Below are positions 9,908-14,738 of a stretch of DNA of 14,738 nt, one piece after another. A program made the position numbers and the translations under genes. The notes under the pieces were generated by a model that was not told the DNA's origin, did no database searches, and worked only from the letters and a program-made list of their open reading frames with translations. The stretch spans positions 1 to 14,738 of the forward strand of contig NW_021825707.1 of assembly GCF_006345805.1 (NCBI RefSeq), given 5' to 3'. How positions within the stretch are numbered: the first letter of the stretch is position 1; the number at the start of each line of letters is the position of its first letter. The DNA comes from Octopus sinensis. Its lineage: Eukaryota.

Positions 9908-10500
9908 TTGTGTGTGTCCGTGTCTGTGTTTATCCCCCATCACCGCATGACAACCGGTGTTGATGTATTTCTCTCTTTTATCTCTCTTTTACTTGTTTCA
10001 GTCATTTGACTGCGGCCATGCTGGAGCACCGCCTTTAATCGAGCAACTCGACCAAGGGACTTATTCTTTGTAAGCCCAGTACTTATTCTATCGGTCTCTT
10101 TTGCCGAACCGCTAAGTGACAGGGACATAAACACACCAGCATCGGTTGTCAAGCAATGCTAGGGGGACAAACACAGACACACAAACATACACGCACACAT
10201 ATATATATACATATATACAACAGGTTTCTTTCAGTTTCCGTCTACCAAATCCACTCACAAGGCTTTGGTCGGCCCGAGGCTATAGTAGAAGACACTTGCC
10301 CAAGGTGCCACTGAACCCGGAACCATGTGGTTGGTAAACAAGCTACTTACCACACGGCCACTCCTGCGCCATATGTCGTCGTAACTTAGCAGTTCGGCAA
10401 AAGAGACCGACAGCATAAGTACTAGGCTAACAAAGTCCTAGAGTCAATTTGTTCGACAAAAGGCGGCACTCCAGTATGGCCTGAAACGAATAAAAGAAAA
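9908..10500 (+). mobile_element. Older S1-related SINE 3' half, split by an antisense S1 insertion
   Basis: 9908-9970 (...gacaaccggtgttgatgtattt) and 10373-10500 (atgtcgtcgtaacttagcagttcggc...) rejoin into the S1 consensus gctggtgtgttt-acgtccccgtaacttagc. Confidence 0.7.
9971..10370 (-). mobile_element. Near full-length SINE S1
   Basis: Reverse complement of 3138-3565 with a ~10-bp deletion after the B-box. Confidence 0.9.
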
Positions 10501-10971
10501 AACAAAACAAAAAAACAAGTAAAAAAAAAACCCGAATATTCTGTCCGACTTTCAACGCTGTTACAATAAAAGACTGCATCTGCCATGGCAAGATTTTCTG
10601 TTTAACCCGGCGCTCATTTGAGACCATGGCGAAAATGTTGACCTATTTTCATGCTTGGCAATAATAAAGAGATTTTTAATGGCTTGGACTTTAAGCAGAG
10701 TTCAATAAAAACATCGCTGACAGTACAAACGACGTCTGCCGAAAATCCATTTGATCGCTTCGTGGATAAATAAATCGATGATTGGATTGCAGTTGGCAAC
10801 GATATTGAATTAGCTCAAGCGTCTTTCGGATCAGGGTATTATCGATCGTCTGGTCAATTGCGACAATCGATGTTTTATATTTGTTCTGACGAAGACAATG
10901 ACAGAAGCGGAACAAACGAAAACTCGTCTTGGTCAAAAGCTCAATCGCAATCGGATACAATTCTTTCTTCA

Positions 10972-11015
<44 letters not shown>

Positions 11016-11018
11016 CAT

Positions 11019-11568
11019 TGAGTGAGAGAGCAGTTCATGCCATCAAAGTGACACTGGGGTAAAATATACAAAGCCCAATATACCCATCATGACTACCCGT
11101 CTGATAGGTACAACCAGCACATGCATCACAACCATATGTTCACGACATGGTGATCTCATATCAATCTAAACAGCACATACCTTGCAGGTGGGGCCCCGTT
11201 AGAATTTTCTTCAGGTTGAGTAGCCCATCCCGCTCAAACGGTCCCTGAATAAGGGTTGTTTAAGGATGTTGAAAGAACCACCCATGTTTCCAGAGGTGAA
11301 CTATTCAAACCCCAAATCCCTCTCAACACATGGCTATGATGCCCCCCACTACTTCTGCTCGTGATCAGAGATGCACATATCGTCAGCCACTAAGGACATG
11401 CTCAACTGGTAAGGTCAAACAACTGACAAGCAATCTGTGGTATTGAGCAGAATATTTGCTGTAGCCCATCTTTTATACCAAGACAAAACAATGTACATGA
11501 TAACACTTCCAATCAGTTAAGATCAGAAGCCATGAGAGCCACTGGCCTTGTACTGCATCAGGGCATTT
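11019..11568 (-). mobile_element. ~550-bp non-coding retroposon-like element flanked by (ATT)n on both sides
   Basis: (ATT)n at 10973-11019 (an (AAT)n tail on the minus strand) and 11567-11590. I recognise the body from memory as a common octopus repeat (unverified). No A/B box and no ORF seen. Confidence 0.6.
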
Positions 11569-11600
11569 ATTATTATTATTATTATTATTATATTTATTAT

Positions 11601-11755
11601 TTCCCCAAGACACCTGATGAAGGCTGGAGGGTATATCAACCGAAACGTTGTGTTAACAACAAACGAGATGAGGATAATATCCGTCAAATGAAAATAATGT
11701 AAATAATGTAAATAATGTAAATAATTCCTCATCTCTTAAATATAGAATTGTATAG
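11601..11755 (+). mobile_element. Penelope-like element (PLE) pseudo-LTR remnant
   Basis: CTGATGAAG...CCGAAACGTT signature typical of PLE termini, followed by an (AAATAATGT)x3-4 AT-rich tail. Confidence 0.6.
11609..11654 (+). ncRNA. Minimal type I hammerhead ribozyme motif
   Basis: Stem I gacac(11609-13)/gtgtt(11650-54), core CTGATGA (11614-20) plus one extra A, stem II ggctg/caacc (one C-A mismatch), GAAA (11642-45), palindromic ACGT stem III, GUU cleavage triplet. Confidence 0.55.
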
Positions 11756-11829
11756 ACTTACTTTTTTCTTAGGAAAAATTGCATAGCTCTCTTGTGTGAC
11801 CCCTCTGTCCGGTATTCGTCATGATAGAT

Positions 11830-11976
11830 CGCTAGCCACTCCCTGTTTATTTCTTGTCTTACTTTCTGTCAAAGAGCGTGGGCTCGAAACGTAAAAGACT
11901 TTCTCACTTCTCGAGTGTTAAACCGTTTTCGTTTTCGTCTTTTGTTTTTTTTTGTAAATTCTCACTATATATATAT
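11830..11976 (+). mobile_element. Second PLE-like remnant with a degenerate hammerhead motif
   Basis: cttt-CTGTCAAA-gagc-gtgg-gctc-GAAA-CGTA-aaag (11862-11897), followed by a T-rich tail ending in (TA)n. Confidence 0.45.
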
Positions 11977-11977
11977 A

Positions 11978-12064
11978 AACACTTACAACGCCCGGACTGG
12001 GAATCGAAACCGCGATCCTACGACCGTGAGTCCCCTGTCCTAACCATCAAGCCATTGCGCCTCC
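11978..12064 (-). mobile_element. tRNA-like head of SINE family S4 (truncated)
   Basis: Minus strand ggaggcgcaaTGGCTTGATGG...GGTTTCGATTCC. Same head type as 14554. Confidence 0.75.
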
Positions 12065-12084
12065 ACAACACACACACACACGCA

Positions 12085-12150
<66 letters not shown>
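12065..12150. repeat. (CA)n(TA)n microsatellite
   Basis: Directly visible. Confidence 0.95.
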
Positions 12151-12217
12151 CTAAGTATTAACTAAAGTAGGATATAATTAATGAAATATATTATACACCC
12201 TGCTAGAAATTTGGTTA
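12149..12217 (+). repeat. 69-bp sequence identical to 4413-4481
   Basis: Exact match by eye. Confidence 0.9.
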
Positions 12218-12239
12218 CAATCCTTTAAATGTGTGTAAT

Positions 12240-12444
12240 ATTCTAATATATATATATAATAATATATATATATATATATATATTTGTGTATATACATATA
12301 TATACATGTATAAAAAAATATATATTGTATTTATATATATAATATTATATATATATATAATAAATACAATAATATATATATATATATTATATATATATAT
12401 ATATAATATATATATATCTGTAAATATATAGATATATATACATA
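12240..12444. repeat. Degenerate (TA)n-rich tract
   Basis: Directly visible. It accounts for ORFs 12215..12586 and 12231..12431. Confidence 0.9.
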
Positions 12445-12818
12445 CATGGTGATTCAAAGTCGCCATACATAGGAATAATTTATCTTTTTTAAAAAAAAAG
12501 TTTATAAGAACAGTTTTTTTTTCATTTAACAGGCTCAATATGGTTACCATTGTTTTGAATACACATTGCAGTACGTTTACCCTCACTCATAGTAAACTCA
12601 TAATAGCACATCTGGTGATACGTTTGCAAATGAGTTGGTGATGCATTCCTTCAAATGATTTATGTCTTTTACCTTTCCGCAATACCCCATACCTTTCAAA
12701 TGCCCCCAAAGATAGAAATCAAGAGGGGTTAAATCAGGGGATCTTGGGGATCTTATAAACTTTTTCTTATAAAAAAAATAATTTTTTTCTTATGTATGGA
12801 GACTTTTGAATCACCCTG
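12445..12818 (-). mobile_element. Internally deleted Tc1/mariner-superfamily DNA transposon (374 bp)
   Basis: TIRs catggtgattcaaa-gtcgccatacatagg and (revcomp) cagggtgattcaaaagtctccatacataag, extending imperfectly to ~65 bp. TA on the left flank, TT on the right flank (probably a mutated TSD). Confidence 0.88.
12522..12747 (-). pseudogene. C-terminal remnant of a Tc1/mariner transposase
   Basis: PRSPDLTPLDFYLWGHLKGMGYCGKVKDINHLKECITNSFANVSPDVLL*, then a frameshifted RTAMCIQNNGNHIEPVK*. Matches the canonical WPPRSPDLTPLDF.LWG and CI..NG.H.E motifs. Confidence 0.85.
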
Positions 12819-12942
12819 TTTCTGAAACTCTGAGTCCTATTATGACAATTTACTGATTGTCCTAATCTATACATATATAAATTCCTCTATTTACGTAATA
12901 TCAGACGACCAGAGGTGTTGAAGATGCAACATTGTTCCACAT

Positions 12943-13108
12943 AGGAGTGGCTGTGTGGTAAGTAGCTTGCTAACCAACCACATGGTTCTGGGTTCAATCC
13001 CACTGCGTGGCATCTTGGGCAAGTGTCTTCTGCTATAGCTCCGGGCCGACCAATGCCTTGTGAGTGGATTTGGTAGACGGAAACTGAAAGAAGCCTGTCG
13101 TATATATG

Positions 13109-13145
<37 letters not shown>

Positions 13146-13323
13146 GTTTGTGTGTCTGTGTTTGTCCCCCTAGCATTGCTTGACAACCGATGCTGGTGTG
13201 TGTTTACGTCCCCGTAACTTAGCGGTTCGGCAAAAGAGACCGATGGAATAAGTACTGGGCTTACAAAGAATAAGTCCTGGGGTCGATTTGCTCGACTAAA
13301 GGCGGTGCTCCAGCATGGCCGCA
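12943..13323 (+). mobile_element. SINE S1 lacking its last ~30 nt
   Basis: A-box tggctgtgtgg and B-box ggttcaatccc. Colinear with 3138-3565 up to gcatggccgca. Confidence 0.9.
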
Positions 13324-13385
13324 TCGGTTGTCAAGCTATGTTGGAGGACAAACACAGACACACAAACACAGACACACACACACAA

Positions 13386-13417
<32 letters not shown>

Positions 13418-13580
13418 GCGACGGCTTCTTTCAGTTTCCGTCTACCAAATCCACTCACAAGGCTTTGATCGGCCCGAAGCTATAGTAGAAGACACTTACC
13501 CAAGGTGCCACGCAGTCGGACTGAATCCGGAACCATGTGGTTGGTTAGCAAGCTACTTACCACACAGCCACTCCTGCGCC
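13321..13580 (-). mobile_element. SINE S1, 5' part, fused tail-to-tail with the preceding copy
   Basis: Minus strand starts ggcgcaggagtggctgtgtgg at 13580 and stops at caaccgatgc. Confidence 0.9.
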
Positions 13581-13784
13581 TATAGTTTATTTTTCGAAAC
13601 ATTTGGGCAACACCCCCGAAAACAAACCTGGATCCTCCACTGTGCCACTCTCCTATTTATGACGTCACTGTTTGAGTTGTTAGAGAGATCAGTTACAATC
13701 GACCCAAGGTAAGTGAATTTATCAACCCCGGATAGCTGCTTTCCATTTTGCCAGGTCGATTGTTGTTTCGTCTGAGTTCATGCT

Positions 13785-14202
13785 GATGGTGAGCTGGCAG
13801 AAACGTTAGCACGTCGAGCGAAATGCTTAGCGGTATTTCGGCTGCCGTTACGTTGTGAGTTCAAATTCCGCCGAGGTCGACTTTGCCCTTCATCCTTTCG
13901 GGGTCGATAAATTAAGTACCAGATACGCACTGGGATCGATGTAATCGACTTAATACCCATGTCTGTCCTTGTTTGTCTCCTCGTGTTTAGCCCCTTGTGG
14001 GTAATAAAGAAATAGGTATTTCGGCTGCCGTTACGTTGTGAGTTCAAATTCCGCCGAGGTCGACTTTGCCTTTCATCCTTTCGGAGTCGATAAATTAAGT
14101 ACCAGATACGCACTGGGATCGATGTAATCGACTTAATACCTATGTCTGTCCTTGTTTGTCCCCTCTATGTTTAGCCCCTTGTGGGTAATAAAGAAATAGG
14201 TA
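13785..14202 (+). mobile_element. tRNA-derived SINE S3 plus a tandem ~183-bp duplication of its body
   Basis: Head gatggtgagctggcagaaacgttag and B-box gagttcaaattcc (13857-13869). Units 13832-14014 and 14015-14198 are near-identical. Confidence 0.82.
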
Positions 14203-14553
14203 ATGTACTCTGTCTTCGATTCGCTTATTTCTAGCCCCACAGTCTTTGCATCTCGCATGACACGATCCAAGTAGTCCTGTCCTTCCATGAAGCTGGGAGT
14301 AAAGAGAAAATCGCCTGCAAATGCGAGATAAGCCAACTTATGTGACTCTGGTATGCGAATTCCATCCTCCGTATAGGGTTGCAACTTTCATCACATGATC
14401 CATAACCCCGCAAAATAGATTAGGTGCCAAAGTATCACCTAGCAGAATTCCACTTTGAGGTGTAAAACCAGGGGACTGTTTTTCATTAACAAAGACACAG
14501 GCTGTTTGATGTTCATAAAGACATCTTATTACTGATGTTATCTTCGATGGTGT
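14200..14553 (-). pseudogene. Decayed reverse transcriptase of an RTE/RTEX-type LINE
   Basis: PSKITSVIRCLYEHQT...SGILLGDTLAPNLFCGVMDHVM, then a frameshift, then HKLAYLAFAGD...AKTVGLEISESKTEYIT. The G.LQGDTLAP motif has Q>L and the catalytic FADD reads FAGD. Confidence 0.85.
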
Positions 14554-14738
14554 GGAGGCGCGTGGCTTAGTGGTTAGGGTGTTGAATTCATGATCGTAAG
14601 GTGGTGGTTTCGATTCCTGGACCGGGCGACGCGTTGTGTTCTTGAGCAAATACTTCATTTTCAAGTAGCTCCAGTCCACTGGCAAAAATGAGTAATCCTG
14701 CGACGACCAGCGTCCCGTCCAGTTGGGGAATTTTCTAC
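14554..14738 (+). mobile_element. tRNA-derived SINE S4 (runs off the window end)
   Basis: Perfect A-box TGGCTTAGTGG (14563-14573) and B-box GGTTTCGATTCC (14606-14617), then CORE-like gtgttcttgagcaaatacttc. The acceptor stem does not pair. Confidence 0.82.

Noticed and set aside
11609-11897. Intramolecular heterodimer between the two hammerhead motifs via their shared ACGU palindrome
   Set aside because: A dimeric fold needs stem I strands to swap partners, and gacac cannot pair with aaag, nor cuuu with guguu.
12887-13712. 145-aa and 135-aa ORFs with similar peptides (also 9940..10337 and 3394..3600)
   Set aside because: The similarity reflects translation of the same SINE S1 family in different copies.
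13690-13775. Possible antisense S3-like remnant (aatcgacccaagg...tttatcaaccccgg)
   Set aside because: Too short and degenerate to support without an alignment score.
14554-14630. tRNA gene (also 11978-12064 and 3138-3210)
   Set aside because: A and B boxes are present, but the acceptor stem does not pair and the sequence runs straight into a SINE body.

Overview
Eukaryotic, repeat-saturated non-coding window (intron or intergenic), most likely from an octopus or other coleoid cephalopod. That assignment is inferred from SINE families I recognise from memory and is not verified by search. I find no intact host CDS: the supplied ORFs are translations of microsatellites, SINEs or decayed transposon fragments. 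The window contains (i) a nest of non-autonomous Helitrons, including a head-to-tail dimer (4715-6688 | 6689-9874) joined by an exact CTAG|TC junction, each unit carrying the same captured retroposon, with a second Helitron family nested in unit 2; (ii) at least four SINE-like families, including an inverted tail-to-tail pair, a SINE-in-SINE insertion and a tandem dimer; (iii) two decayed RTE-type reverse-transcriptase fragments; (iv) a 374-bp internally deleted Tc1/mariner; (v) two Penelope-like remnants carrying minimal hammerhead-ribozyme motifs; and (vi) many (TA)n, (CA)n, (ATT)n and (GTT)n tracts that repeatedly flank insertions. All coordinates, alignments and identity estimates were made by eye.
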